A DNA stretch of 34,904 nt from a virus (Duplodnaviria; Caudoviricetes), in the IMG/VR virus record IMGVR_UViG_3300030430_000437, positions 1 to 34,904 of that record; one strand, 5' to 3'. Positions 9,426-18,319 of the stretch are shown here, piece after piece. Each line of letters opens with the position of its first letter. The first letter of the stretch is position 1. Below the pieces are notes generated by a model, which searched no databases, was not told the DNA's origin, and saw nothing but the letters and a program-made list of their open reading frames with translations. The translations under genes and the position numbers were made by a program.

Positions 9426-10680
9426 TACTTTTGAGTTCGGTGTTTTTAATTTAGCTACACCACAACATATTGAAGAACCACAAGACTTAAGCAGAGTATA
9501 CACAGACTTTATACCTTTTGGTCAAAACAATTTATTTCCTCAATATCTTGCAGAGCTAAAAAGAAAATCATCTACACACAGAAGTGTATTAGCACAAAAG
9601 ACAATCTTTACAAGTGGTGCTAAGTTTGTTACAAAAAATGATAATTTAAAATCATACATTAGAGATGTTAATGCTGATGGCGAATCTCTTAGAGATGTAT
9701 ATAAAAAATTAGCAGATGACTATTACACTTTTGGCAACGCATACCTAGAAGGTGTTTTGTATGAGGGTGGTATGAATTTATATCATGTAGACGCAACTAC
9801 TGTTAGAATGTCTAAGACAAAGAAAGATGTATATATTCATCCAGACTGGGCAAGATACAAGACGGAAAAAGAGAAGATGAAAATATTACCTTTATATCCA
9901 GTAGTTCGTAACAATAGATTTATTATACATTTTAAAGATTATGAACCAACATTTAATTTTTATGGGTTACCAGATTATGTAGCTGCATTAGAGCACGTTG
10001 CAGTAGATTATGAGATTGGTAAATGGAATCACACAAAGTTCCAAAATGGTTTTCAACCATCAGCAATCGTTGAGATAAGTGGTGATATGGGAGAAGATGA
10101 AGCAAAGAAGATGGTAAAAGAAGCACAAAAGAAATTTGTTGGAGAAGGTAACAATGGTAAGATATTATTTATAGTAAAAAATGGTGATACTTCCCCTGCT
10201 AATGTACAGATAATAAAAGATGATCAAGATGGTAGTTGGTTAGACCTACAGAAGATTACTGATCAAAACATTATTACTGCACACAGATGGCAACCTTCTT
10301 TATCTGGTATTGTCAGTTCAGGTAAGATGAATAATACAGGTAGTGAAATTAGAATAGCTTATGACTTATGTATGACAACTGTTGTTAAAGACACATCAGA
10401 TATGTTGTTAAATGGTATAAGAACCTTATTATTCAAGGAACTTAATTACGAGCCAGAAGAATTAATGATACACTTTGAACCACCTATCTCTTACATAACA
10501 GATATAGATGTCAAAGAAGTGTTGACAATAAATGAGCAAAGAAAGCTATTAGACGAGGACTTTCCATTACTTGAAGGAGGTGATATGTTTATAGCTGATA
10601 GAGAGATTATAGTGACACAGAGAGATGATGATGGAGATGGTGAAATAGAAGAACAAAAATCAGTTACAGTAGAACAATAA
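9370..10680 (+). CDS. Portal protein (start 9370 or 9355)
   Basis: FIPFGQNNLFPQYL, DYYTFGNAYLE, FYGLPDY, NGFQPS, GEGNNGK, IITAHR and LTINEQR motifs of HK97-like portals. Confidence 0.88.
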   Translation: MAQRKVKSKVKTSTKSKSNTFEFGVFNLATPQHIEEPQDLSRVYTDFIPFGQNNLFPQYLAELKRKSSTHRSVLAQKTIFTSGAKFVTKNDNLKSYIRDVNADGESLRDVYKKLADDYYTFGNAYLEGVLYEGGMNLYHVDATTVRMSKTKKDVYIHPDWARYKTEKEKMKILPLYPVVRNNRFIIHFKDYEPTFNFYGLPDYVAALEHVAVDYEIGKWNHTKFQNGFQPSAIVEISGDMGEDEAKKMVKEAQKKFVGEGNNGKILFIVKNGDTSPANVQIIKDDQDGSWLDLQKITDQNIITAHRWQPSLSGIVSSGKMNNTGSEIRIAYDLCMTTVVKDTSDMLLNGIRTLLFKELNYEPEELMIHFEPPISYITDIDVKEVLTINEQRKLLDEDFPLLEGGDMFIADREIIVTQRDDDGDGEIEEQKSVTVEQ

Positions 10681-10681
10681 T

Positions 10682-11275
10682 ATGGCAAACGTAAATAACA
10701 AAGCAACCTTAGTAACAGCAGCAGAAGTAATTAGTAATAGTTTTACAAATGCTAATACAGACCCTGCACTTATATCAAGCAACTCTATCTTACTTGCAGA
10801 GTTAGCTCATATAAAACCTGTTCTTGGTAAAAAGTTTTACGAAGAGTTAAAGACACAACATGATCCTACTGGTACTTTATCTACTGCTAATCAAACATTG
10901 ATGGACGACTTTCTTACAAGAACATTATGTTGGTTTGTAAGATTTGAGGTAATCAATGAAGTACAAAGCAATAGTTCTAGTATGGGTATTGTAAACAATA
11001 TAGATGAGTTCTCTTCTATTGTTGACCCTGCTGACTTAAATGCATACAAACAAGACACATATAGAAAAGCTAGTGTATATTTAAAAGACATGATGGATTA
11101 CATAGAGGATGATGACCAAAATGGTTTATACCCAACGTATGAGTCTAACAGACCTAACAGAGGGTTTGCATATAAGAATCATGGTATTATAATGTACGAT
11201 AGTATATATACTAAAAATTATTATCCAAGAACTTATACAAGTTGGAAAGACTACTGTCCTTGTGATGACTGTTAA
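10682..11275 (+). CDS. Putative head-tail adaptor/connector
   Basis: Follows the portal; AELAHIKPVLGKKFYEELK resembles Bacteroidota-phage (DUF6712-like) adaptors. Confidence 0.6.
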   Translation: MANVNNKATLVTAAEVISNSFTNANTDPALISSNSILLAELAHIKPVLGKKFYEELKTQHDPTGTLSTANQTLMDDFLTRTLCWFVRFEVINEVQSNSSSMGIVNNIDEFSSIVDPADLNAYKQDTYRKASVYLKDMMDYIEDDDQNGLYPTYESNRPNRGFAYKNHGIIMYDSIYTKNYYPRTYTSWKDYCPCDDC

Positions 11276-11285
11276 AAATATATAG

Positions 11286-11927
11286 ATGGCAAATAACGAA
11301 CATAAAAATTTAAGTAATGCAAATCTTCATGTGCCAAAAGATTTTAGCACAGCTAGTAATTCTACAACACTTACTAAAAACAGTAGTGGTAATTTATCTT
11401 GGGTAAGTAATACAGATTTAGGTAAGCAAAGATATAATATCATAGGTTTTTCTTTAACCACAGACCATAACAATAGTAATTATTACAGAGCAGCACACAT
11501 GACTGATGCTCAATCGCCAAATCAATATAGTTCTGACACAGGACAAACAGCAGTCACTTCAATTAGTATTAATCACAAAACACTAATTACTAGAGCAGCA
11601 AATATTGTTGTAGATGCAGATTCTACTGTATATAAAATATATGGTTGGTTAAATTCAAGTGGTACAAATGCTATTACATTAGCAATAGCTAAAGTCACCC
11701 CTGAAGCAAACAGTACATCAACCCATAATCCAGTTGTTATAGATGAAATTACAGTTGCAGGTTTGGGTTCTGACCAAAAATTAATACAAATAAATGAAAC
11801 TACGATAACTAATGCAAGTTTGACGGCAGGTGATTACTTGATAGCTTTTATAAAAGAAACAGCAGAGGGTGAGTTAGAACCTTCTAACATATACTGGCAA
11901 GTACAGGTATGCACAACAACATATTAA
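11286..11927 (+). CDS. Virion structural protein (beta-rich, S/T/N-rich)
   Basis: 213-aa ORF in the structural operon; call rests on composition. Confidence 0.5.
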   Translation: MANNEHKNLSNANLHVPKDFSTASNSTTLTKNSSGNLSWVSNTDLGKQRYNIIGFSLTTDHNNSNYYRAAHMTDAQSPNQYSSDTGQTAVTSISINHKTLITRAANIVVDADSTVYKIYGWLNSSGTNAITLAIAKVTPEANSTSTHNPVVIDEITVAGLGSDQKLIQINETTITNASLTAGDYLIAFIKETAEGELEPSNIYWQVQVCTTTY

Positions 11928-11946
11928 TAATTTAAAATAAAAAACA

Positions 11947-12234
11947 ATGAGTTTATACGATACAGACAACACACTATTATTTGAGATGCTAGGTAAAGGT
12001 AATGGTCACAATATCTTTACTACAGACGCACAAACTGGTAAGGATTATTATGCAGTACACTTTGTACAAGAAAGCGTAATATCAAGCATTACAGTAGCAA
12101 ATGCAGATGGAGATAGCCACTTACAAGCTACTATACCAGCAGGTACTACTATCTTTTTGCGTATTACAGCAATCACTTTAAGTAGTGGTCTAGCAATAGG
12201 TTATAAAGAAACAGACGGAGATACATCAGCATAA
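11947..12234 (+). CDS. Small virion structural protein
   Basis: 95 aa with TIPAGTTI...ITAITLSSG; its stop overlaps the start of the LamG gene. Confidence 0.55.
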   Translation: MSLYDTDNTLLFEMLGKGNGHNIFTTDAQTGKDYYAVHFVQESVISSITVANADGDSHLQATIPAGTTIFLRITAITLSSGLAIGYKETDGDTSA

Positions 12235-15152
12235 TGTTACAGCTTGGTAATAAAATAACTGTAGGAGAACCTATATATAAGTTCCAAAACAATCATAGCG
12301 TAGACTTTGATGGTGTAGATGACTTTATACAATTAGATGAACCTATAAGTTATACACAACACACTATAAGCACTTGGGTAAAAATTTCTGATACAAGTGA
12401 TGTAAAAACTATTATAGATGCAAGAGACGCATCAGATGACGGAATAAGGATAAGAACTGACGCTAACGAACAGATTATATATGAAGTAAATACAAGTGAT
12501 ATATTTACGTCAGATAGTTTTGTAGACGTATGGACACATATTGTAGCTACTTATGACGGTACAACACAGAAATTATATATCAATGGTAGTTTAGTCAGTA
12601 GTGCTACAACCTCACAAACAATAAACACTACAACAAACGCTAAAATAGGTGCTAGAAACTTTAGCACAAGAGCAAACGAGTTTGCAGGTAAAATAGACGA
12701 ACTAGCAATATACGACAGAGCATTAACAGCAGCAGAGGTTACAGAGATATACAGAATAAAGTATGGTGCTAACTTAGTACAGAATGGTAGATTTGATGAG
12801 TTAGGTAGTGAGTTAGCTACAAATGGTAATTTTGATACATCTATACCTCTTGGAACTGCAGGTAGCTATTGGACAGTACCGACAGGTAGTGGTGAATATC
12901 ATTTAGGTGGTGTTAAAATGATTGCAAATGATACTGATATTTGCAGATTGCGTATGGTAAATGTCAACAATGGAACTCAAGTTCTACCTTTAGGAAAAAC
13001 ATTTAAAATAACATTTACTGTTTTAGAAAAAAATAATACTATTTCAACAAGTTTAAAGGTTTATTTAGCAGGTATAACTCACACACTAACCACAGATTTA
13101 GGTACTCATACTTTTTATTTAAACTCAGGTAATGCTGTTAATAAAATATTACAATTTCAAAACCAAGCTCCAAATTCAGATATAACAATAGATAACGTAT
13201 CTGTTAAACAAGTAGACCCTAACGACAGGTTTTCTTTAGATCCAGGTTGGGCGTATGGTGATAGTAAAGTTATAGGTGACGGAACAACTTTTAATGGAGT
13301 TATTCAAAACTCAGTAATGACAATAGGCAAAACTTATAAAATTAGTTTTACTATTTTAGATTATACAAGTGGTACTTTTAGAGTTTTACCTCTTTGTAAA
13401 GCTGACGCATCAGACATTAGATATAGTGGGAATGGTTCATATAGTGAAATATTTGAAGCAGCAACAACTCAAATTAATATACAACAGCAGCTATATGTAG
13501 GTTCACTAACAAACCTAATGATAGAAGAACAAAAATATGTAGCTAGTAACCTTAAATTAAATAGTGGTAACTACAAGTCAGCAGATCCTGTTATAGTATC
13601 TACAAATAGTGTTGATTTTGACGGTACAGATGATTATTTAGAAGTAACAAAAAAAGATTTTTTAGGCACATCTGATTTTACTATTTCGTTATGGATTAGA
13701 CCTGACACAGTAAGTGCTAATAATTACATAATAGGACAAAGTACAGACGATAATACTAGGTGGTATATAAGGGTAAATACACTAGCAAACGTACAAATGT
13801 TTAGAAAAAGTGGTGGTATGTCATTTAATCTTCAAGGTGGTGCAGTTGTTTTAAATGAATGGAATCATATAGTAGTCACAGAAGATAGAGACGGTTCAGC
13901 TATAGCATATTTAAATGGTGTACGAGTACATAGTCAATCAGGTAATAGTCACGATTTAACAACTACAGGTAATTTAAGAATTGGTAGCTTTGAACTATTT
14001 GGAGCTTATTTTGACGGCACAATAGACGAAGTAGGTATATTTAATATAGCACTTTCATCTGACCAAGTTGGTGAATTATACAATCAAGGAGTACCTAGTA
14101 ACCTATCAACACATTCAGCAAATGCAAACCTAACAGGTTATTGGAAAATGGGTGACGGCACACTAGACCAAGCACCACTAATAGCAGACCAAACAAATGC
14201 TACTTTAGGTAGTGAGTTAATTACTAATGGAGATTTTGCTAATTGGAGTGGTGGACTTCCTAACAGTTGGAATCAATTAGGTGGTAGTGGAGATGCAAAT
14301 AATTATATAGAAGAATATCAAGGAAAACTTCGTATAGTTAGTAATGGTGGTAGTGGTGCAGCAGTAGAACAAAATGCACTTATTGTTGGCAAAATATATA
14401 AAGTTACTGCTGATTTAGTAGTTAATAGTGGTGGTGGTATGCGTTTTCAATTAGGTGCTAATTCTACACATCATATTTATACAACTACACAAAGTATAGA
14501 ATTTTATGCTGAATGTAATGGTACAAATGGTTATTTACAAATAATAAGACAAGGCACTACAGATTTTACAATAGACAACGTATCAGTAAAACAAGTAAAC
14601 GGCAATCCTGCACTAATGATTAACGAACCTACAATAGTAACAGACGCACCACTTACTAAGATTAGAAACTATTACAGAATGGGTGATGGTATATTAGACA
14701 AGTTTCCTTTAATATGTGATATGATAGAACCTAGTTTAGGTAGTGAGTTAGTTACAAATGGTGATTTTGCTACAGATAGTGACTGGACTTTAACACAAGC
14801 TACAATTACTGATGGTTCTTTAAATTTATCTACATCTGATGGTAGCTATACTGCTGCTACACAAACATTAGGAACGATAGGCAATGTTTATGAAATAAGT
14901 TTAGATGTTTCAGATATTGTTGGAACTATATCTGTTGCTATTGGTGGTGGTACTGACGTAGATATAACTACAAACGGTACACATACTGTTTATATTACTT
15001 CTGCATCAACAACATTTGAAATAAAAAGAAAGTTTGGTATTACTAATGTATCTGCAACAATAGACAACGTATCAGTAAAACAAGTAAATGGTGTAGCAGG
15101 ATTAATGACAAATATGACAGAAGCAGATATAACAAATGACGTACCAAGTTAA
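12234..15152 (+). CDS. Large LamG/concanavalin-A-like and CBM-like multidomain virion protein (fibre/adhesin)
   Basis: Two LamG domains (SVDFDGxDD...WxHIV...LYxNG...IDE) and three LGSELxTNGxF...TIDNVSVKQV modules. Confidence 0.85.
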   Translation: MLQLGNKITVGEPIYKFQNNHSVDFDGVDDFIQLDEPISYTQHTISTWVKISDTSDVKTIIDARDASDDGIRIRTDANEQIIYEVNTSDIFTSDSFVDVWTHIVATYDGTTQKLYINGSLVSSATTSQTINTTTNAKIGARNFSTRANEFAGKIDELAIYDRALTAAEVTEIYRIKYGANLVQNGRFDELGSELATNGNFDTSIPLGTAGSYWTVPTGSGEYHLGGVKMIANDTDICRLRMVNVNNGTQVLPLGKTFKITFTVLEKNNTISTSLKVYLAGITHTLTTDLGTHTFYLNSGNAVNKILQFQNQAPNSDITIDNVSVKQVDPNDRFSLDPGWAYGDSKVIGDGTTFNGVIQNSVMTIGKTYKISFTILDYTSGTFRVLPLCKADASDIRYSGNGSYSEIFEAATTQINIQQQLYVGSLTNLMIEEQKYVASNLKLNSGNYKSADPVIVSTNSVDFDGTDDYLEVTKKDFLGTSDFTISLWIRPDTVSANNYIIGQSTDDNTRWYIRVNTLANVQMFRKSGGMSFNLQGGAVVLNEWNHIVVTEDRDGSAIAYLNGVRVHSQSGNSHDLTTTGNLRIGSFELFGAYFDGTIDEVGIFNIALSSDQVGELYNQGVPSNLSTHSANANLTGYWKMGDGTLDQAPLIADQTNATLGSELITNGDFANWSGGLPNSWNQLGGSGDANNYIEEYQGKLRIVSNGGSGAAVEQNALIVGKIYKVTADLVVNSGGGMRFQLGANSTHHIYTTTQSIEFYAECNGTNGYLQIIRQGTTDFTIDNVSVKQVNGNPALMINEPTIVTDAPLTKIRNYYRMGDGILDKFPLICDMIEPSLGSELVTNGDFATDSDWTLTQATITDGSLNLSTSDGSYTAATQTLGTIGNVYEISLDVSDIVGTISVAIGGGTDVDITTNGTHTVYITSASTTFEIKRKFGITNVSATIDNVSVKQVNGVAGLMTNMTEADITNDVPS
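14568..15088 (+). repeat. 32-nt exact direct repeat closing modules of the fibre gene
   Basis: ACAATAGACAACGTATCAGTAAAACAAGTAAA at 14568-14599 and 15057-15088; diverged copy at 13185-13214. Confidence 0.9.
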
Positions 15153-15163
15153 AAATTAAAATT

Positions 15164-15412
15164 ATGAGAAAATACGCAATATGTGACATAGAATTATTAG
15201 ACGAAGTAGATGCTGAGGGTAACCCAGTATTCGATTTTGGTGAGGTCTTAGAGTCTAGTAGAGAAACAATAAGAATATCTAATGATGGTTTATTATTCAT
15301 AGCTAAGTGGGAAGGTGATACGCCTGTTTTTTTAAATGACGTAGATACTTACACACACGCAGAAATATTAACAGAACTACAAGGTTCTAATTGGACTAGC
15401 AACGAAGAATAA
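15164..15412 (+). CDS. Small acidic hypothetical protein (possible fibre chaperone)
   Basis: 82 aa directly after the fibre gene; ends YTHAEILTELQGSNWT. Confidence 0.65.
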   Translation: MRKYAICDIELLDEVDAEGNPVFDFGEVLESSRETIRISNDGLLFIAKWEGDTPVFLNDVDTYTHAEILTELQGSNWTSNEE

Positions 15413-15675
15413 TGAAACCACTATCAGAAGATACATCAGTAAGCATGAATGTCAAAATGATTGGCTTTATGATAGTGATAGTAACTTCTGTTGTAGGTGG
15501 GTGGTTTAATCTCAAAGCAGAAATTAAAGAAGCTAAGAAACTGCCAGAGCCAATAATGACTGAACAAGAGTTTATGTTAAGAGAACAACTACTGCAACAA
15601 GCTATATTCAAAACACAAGAAGATATAGCAAAGATTGAAAAGTCTATACAAAGAATAGAAAAAAAATTAAGATAA
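15412..15675 (+). CDS. Single-TM plus coiled-coil membrane protein (lysis accessory)
   Basis: Hydrophobic MIGFMIVIVTSVVGGWF followed by heptads; in the lysis cassette. Confidence 0.6.
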   Translation: MKPLSEDTSVSMNVKMIGFMIVIVTSVVGGWFNLKAEIKEAKKLPEPIMTEQEFMLREQLLQQAIFKTQEDIAKIEKSIQRIEKKLR

Positions 15676-15677
15676 TT

Positions 15678-15887
15678 ATGGAAGATATTTTGCAGTTGAT
15701 TGAAGGTTATGGTTTACCCTTAGTTTTATTACTTGGTGCTTTGTATGCATTATATAGATTCTTCTTCTTTAGCATACATGAAGTCAAGAATACATTTTCT
15801 AAACACCATGAAAAAAATGCATCTAACATGGAAGAGATAAAAAAGAAAATAGACATAATCTTAGAATACATAAGAAAACAATCGTGA
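15678..15887 (+). CDS. Holin-like protein (one TM plus coiled coil)
   Basis: YGLPLVLLLGALYALYRFFFF followed by a charged coiled tail. Confidence 0.55.
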   Translation: MEDILQLIEGYGLPLVLLLGALYALYRFFFFSIHEVKNTFSKHHEKNASNMEEIKKKIDIILEYIRKQS

Positions 15888-16282
15888 GTATATTTACAAA
15901 AATTTTAGGTCAGACAGGTATTGACATGGCTGAAAAAGCAGCAGATATAGCTGATAGATTTATACAAACAAAAGAAGAAAAAGCATCTTTTGAGATGGAG
16001 CTAAAAAAAGTTCTGATTGATGCAGAAGCAGCAATGCAAAAAAATGTAACAGAGAGGTGGAGAGAAGATATGAGAAGTGACAGTTGGTTGTCAAAAAACA
16101 TAAGACCACTAACTGTTATTTTTCTGGTAGCTTGTACTGTGTTACTAATATTTATTGATTCTGGTGTACTTGACTTTGAAGTCAAAGAACACTGGGTAGA
16201 TTTACTACAAATTATATTAGTTACTGTCATAGGTGCATACTTTGGTGGTAGATCATATGAAAAAATAAAAAACAAAAAGTAA
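15884..16282 (+). CDS. Holin, 3TM (GTA-holin-like) family
   Basis: RWREDMRSDSWLSKNIRPL and GAYFGGRSYEK signature; GTG start. Confidence 0.8.
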   Translation: MSIFTKILGQTGIDMAEKAADIADRFIQTKEEKASFEMELKKVLIDAEAAMQKNVTERWREDMRSDSWLSKNIRPLTVIFLVACTVLLIFIDSGVLDFEVKEHWVDLLQIILVTVIGAYFGGRSYEKIKNKK

Positions 16283-16416
16283 TGGCTAGAAAAAATGTAT
16301 TTGTTTTTTTAGAAACACCAACAAGAAAAAGAAAAGGTGTACACGCTAAAAGCAAAACATCTAAAAACAAAGGAGCAAAAAATTACAAAAAGCCATACAA
16401 AGGTCAAGGTAAATAA
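16282..16416 (+). CDS. 44-aa highly basic protein, not in the ORF track
   Basis: MARKNVFVFLETPTRKRKGVHAKSKTSKNKGAKNYKKPYKGQGK; TAATG overlaps on both sides. Confidence 0.75.
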   Translation: MARKNVFVFLETPTRKRKGVHAKSKTSKNKGAKNYKKPYKGQGK

Positions 16417-16790
16417 TGAAGCTAAAATATTTTAAGAAAAAAGAATTTAAATGTCCTTGCTGTGGAGAAAGCAAGATGCATCCTGAATTTTTAAAAGCAC
16501 TTGACTTAGCAAGAGGGTTCTCTCGCACACCCTACAAAATAACATCTGGTTATAGATGTCAAAACCATAACGACTCATTACCTAATTCAAAACCAAACAG
16601 CAGTCATATTGATGGACTAGCAGTTGACGTTGCTTGTACTGACAGCAGAAGTAGAGCTTTAATTATTGGTGGTTTGGTAGAAGCTGGATTTACTAGAATC
16701 GGTATAGCTAGTACATTTTTGCATTGTGATTTAGCAGATCAATTAGGTGAAAAAAACACCAAAGACGAGATTGTCTTTTGGCTGTACTAA
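16416..16790 (+). CDS. Endolysin, peptidase M15A family
   Basis: EFKCPCCG, ITSGYRC..HN, SSHIDGLAVD and FLHCD Zn-peptidase motifs. Confidence 0.9.
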   Translation: MKLKYFKKKEFKCPCCGESKMHPEFLKALDLARGFSRTPYKITSGYRCQNHNDSLPNSKPNSSHIDGLAVDVACTDSRSRALIIGGLVEAGFTRIGIASTFLHCDLADQLGEKNTKDEIVFWLY

Positions 16791-16812
16791 GTTTAACTAA
16801 AATTTTATAAAT

Positions 16813-17037
16813 ATGGACAACATCTTTAATTTAATCGGAAACTTTGTAGGTAAACTATCTACATTATTATTAAGCATTTTATCTCTTGGCATTATTGCTG
16901 AGGTATTATTTGGTACACCTGCTTTTGGTTTATCAGTTATAGGTAATGTGATGGCTATTATCTCTTTGTTTGGGTCAAATGGAGTAGTAGGAATTATAAG
17001 TTTAGTGGTGTTATATCACTTATTGAGCAAAAATTAA
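16813..17037 (+). CDS. Small hydrophobic membrane protein
   Basis: 74 aa, almost wholly hydrophobic (2-3 TM); last gene of the lysis cassette. Confidence 0.7.
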   Translation: MDNIFNLIGNFVGKLSTLLLSILSLGIIAEVLFGTPAFGLSVIGNVMAIISLFGSNGVVGIISLVVLYHLLSKN

Positions 17038-17045
17038 TATATTTG
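17038..17045 (+). promoter_or_regulatory. Bacteroidota -7 box preceding a non-coding structured element
   Basis: TATATTTG, identical to the boxes at 17148, 18291, 22005 and 25068, but not followed by an ORF. Confidence 0.5.
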
Positions 17046-17049
17046 TAAG

Positions 17050-17130
17050 TTCTTACTAATCTAGTAAGAATTTGTTTTTGTTTAGTTTTAAAGAGTCAGT
17101 TGTTGAGAAACTCCTGACTCTTTGCTATTT
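17050..17130 (+). ncRNA. Candidate small RNA (hairpin, U-rich anti-leader core, terminator hairpin)
   Basis: TTCTTACTA/TAGTAAGAA stem (17050-17070), TTTGTTTTTGTTTAGTTTT core, AAAGAGTCAG/CTGACTCTTT stem (17090-17123). Confidence 0.45.
17090..17130 (+). terminator. Intrinsic terminator-like hairpin
   Basis: Perfect 10-bp stem 17090-17099 / 17114-17123 ending in TTT and followed by GCTATTT. Confidence 0.6.
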
Positions 17131-17155
17131 ATGATAGTTTGTTTAGTTATATTTG
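17121..17155 (+). promoter_or_regulatory. Bacteroidota promoter for the phosphoesterase gene
   Basis: TTTG at 17121-17124 and TATATTTG at 17148-17155; ATG at 17171. Confidence 0.6.
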
Positions 17156-17170
17156 ATAAAACCAAAGCAT

Positions 17171-18262
17171 ATGACAGAAAAACTAAAAGGTAAAAGACTT
17201 AGGTTGTCAGCAGAGGAAGTAGAATTAATTTATGAGTTTAGAGGTAAAGACCTTGACAACATCAATAGCAACTCAGCTTTAGATTTACATTTATTAGAAA
17301 GAGGTATAGATAAAAAAGACGTAGTGTCTGTCAAACACTGGCAGAACATGAAGGGAGAGCTAAGATTTTCTATCGTTACTAAAGAAGATATAGGTATTGA
17401 TGATAAAAGTATATTTAGTAAAGTAAATGAACTTGTTTCTACACACTCCCCTAAGTATAAAAAAATAAAAAGAAAAAAAGGTAATCACCTTCTTGTTATA
17501 AATCCAGCAGATATTCACATAGGAAAATATGCAGATGCTCTTGAAACTGCTGATCCTTATGATATTGAAACTGCTGTAAATAGAGTAACAGAAGGCGTAG
17601 AAGGCATTTTGCAAAAAGCAGAAGGGTTTGATATAGAAAAGATTTTATTTTGTATAGGAAACGATGTATTGCACATTGATAACGTATATAACACAACTAC
17701 TAAAGGTACAAGGCAAGACGTAGATGGTAAGTGGTGGCAACACTATGAAGTAGCTCTTAGTTTATATGTAAGTTGTGTAGAGATGTTAAGAATGGTAGCA
17801 CCAGTAGATTGTATACATTCTATGAGTAATCACGATTATCAAAGTGGTTATCATCTTGCTAAATCTTTACAATCTTGGTTTAGACAAACAGATGATGTAA
17901 GTGTTGATGCAAATCCTAACCATAGAAAATATTACAAATATGGCACTAATCTTATTGGACTAGAGCATGGTGATGGTGCTAAGATGGATAGACTACCATT
18001 ACTTATGGCACAAGAGAATCCTATAGATTGGTCAGAAACAAAATATCGATATTGGTATTTACATCACTTGCATCACAAAGTAAAACATAAATGGTTAGAT
18101 GCAAAAGATTATATTGGTGTTACTGTAGAATATCTTAGAAGTCCATCAGGATCAGATAGTTGGCATAACAGAAAAGGTTTTGTTGGTGTACCAAAAGCAG
18201 TAGAAGGATTTATACATGAGAGAGAAACAGGGCAGGTTGCAAGGTTGGTTCATTATTTTTAG
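17171..18262 (+). CDS. Calcineurin-like metallophosphoesterase
   Basis: ADIHIG, IGNDVLH, SNHD, EHGD and HHLHH metal-binding motifs. The track's TTG start lies inside the promoter box, so ATG 17171 is preferred. Confidence 0.85.
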   Translation: MTEKLKGKRLRLSAEEVELIYEFRGKDLDNINSNSALDLHLLERGIDKKDVVSVKHWQNMKGELRFSIVTKEDIGIDDKSIFSKVNELVSTHSPKYKKIKRKKGNHLLVINPADIHIGKYADALETADPYDIETAVNRVTEGVEGILQKAEGFDIEKILFCIGNDVLHIDNVYNTTTKGTRQDVDGKWWQHYEVALSLYVSCVEMLRMVAPVDCIHSMSNHDYQSGYHLAKSLQSWFRQTDDVSVDANPNHRKYYKYGTNLIGLEHGDGAKMDRLPLLMAQENPIDWSETKYRYWYLHHLHHKVKHKWLDAKDYIGVTVEYLRSPSGSDSWHNRKGFVGVPKAVEGFIHERETGQVARLVHYF

Positions 18263-18290
18263 TTTTTATAGTGTATATAAAAAAAAGTTA

Positions 18291-18298
18291 TATATTTG
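18291..18298 (+). promoter_or_regulatory. Bacteroidota -7 box for the replication/recombination operon
   Basis: TATATTTG in an intergenic gap, 21 nt before ATG 18320. Confidence 0.65.
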
Positions 18299-18319
18299 CA
18301 CTAATTAATACTAAACAAT

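Noticed and set aside
12234-15152. Diversity-generating retroelement or invertible shufflon acting on the fibre gene
   Set aside because: No reverse transcriptase or recombinase is present; the repeats are short, direct and not an adenine-specific TR/VR pair.
537-17574. Scattered GAAACTGC copies in genes (537, 3547, 7088, 8719, 17543, 17567) as a polar Chi-like signal
   Set aside because: They read as Glu-Thr-Ala codons, and all genes are on +, which explains the strand bias; no enrichment test could be run.
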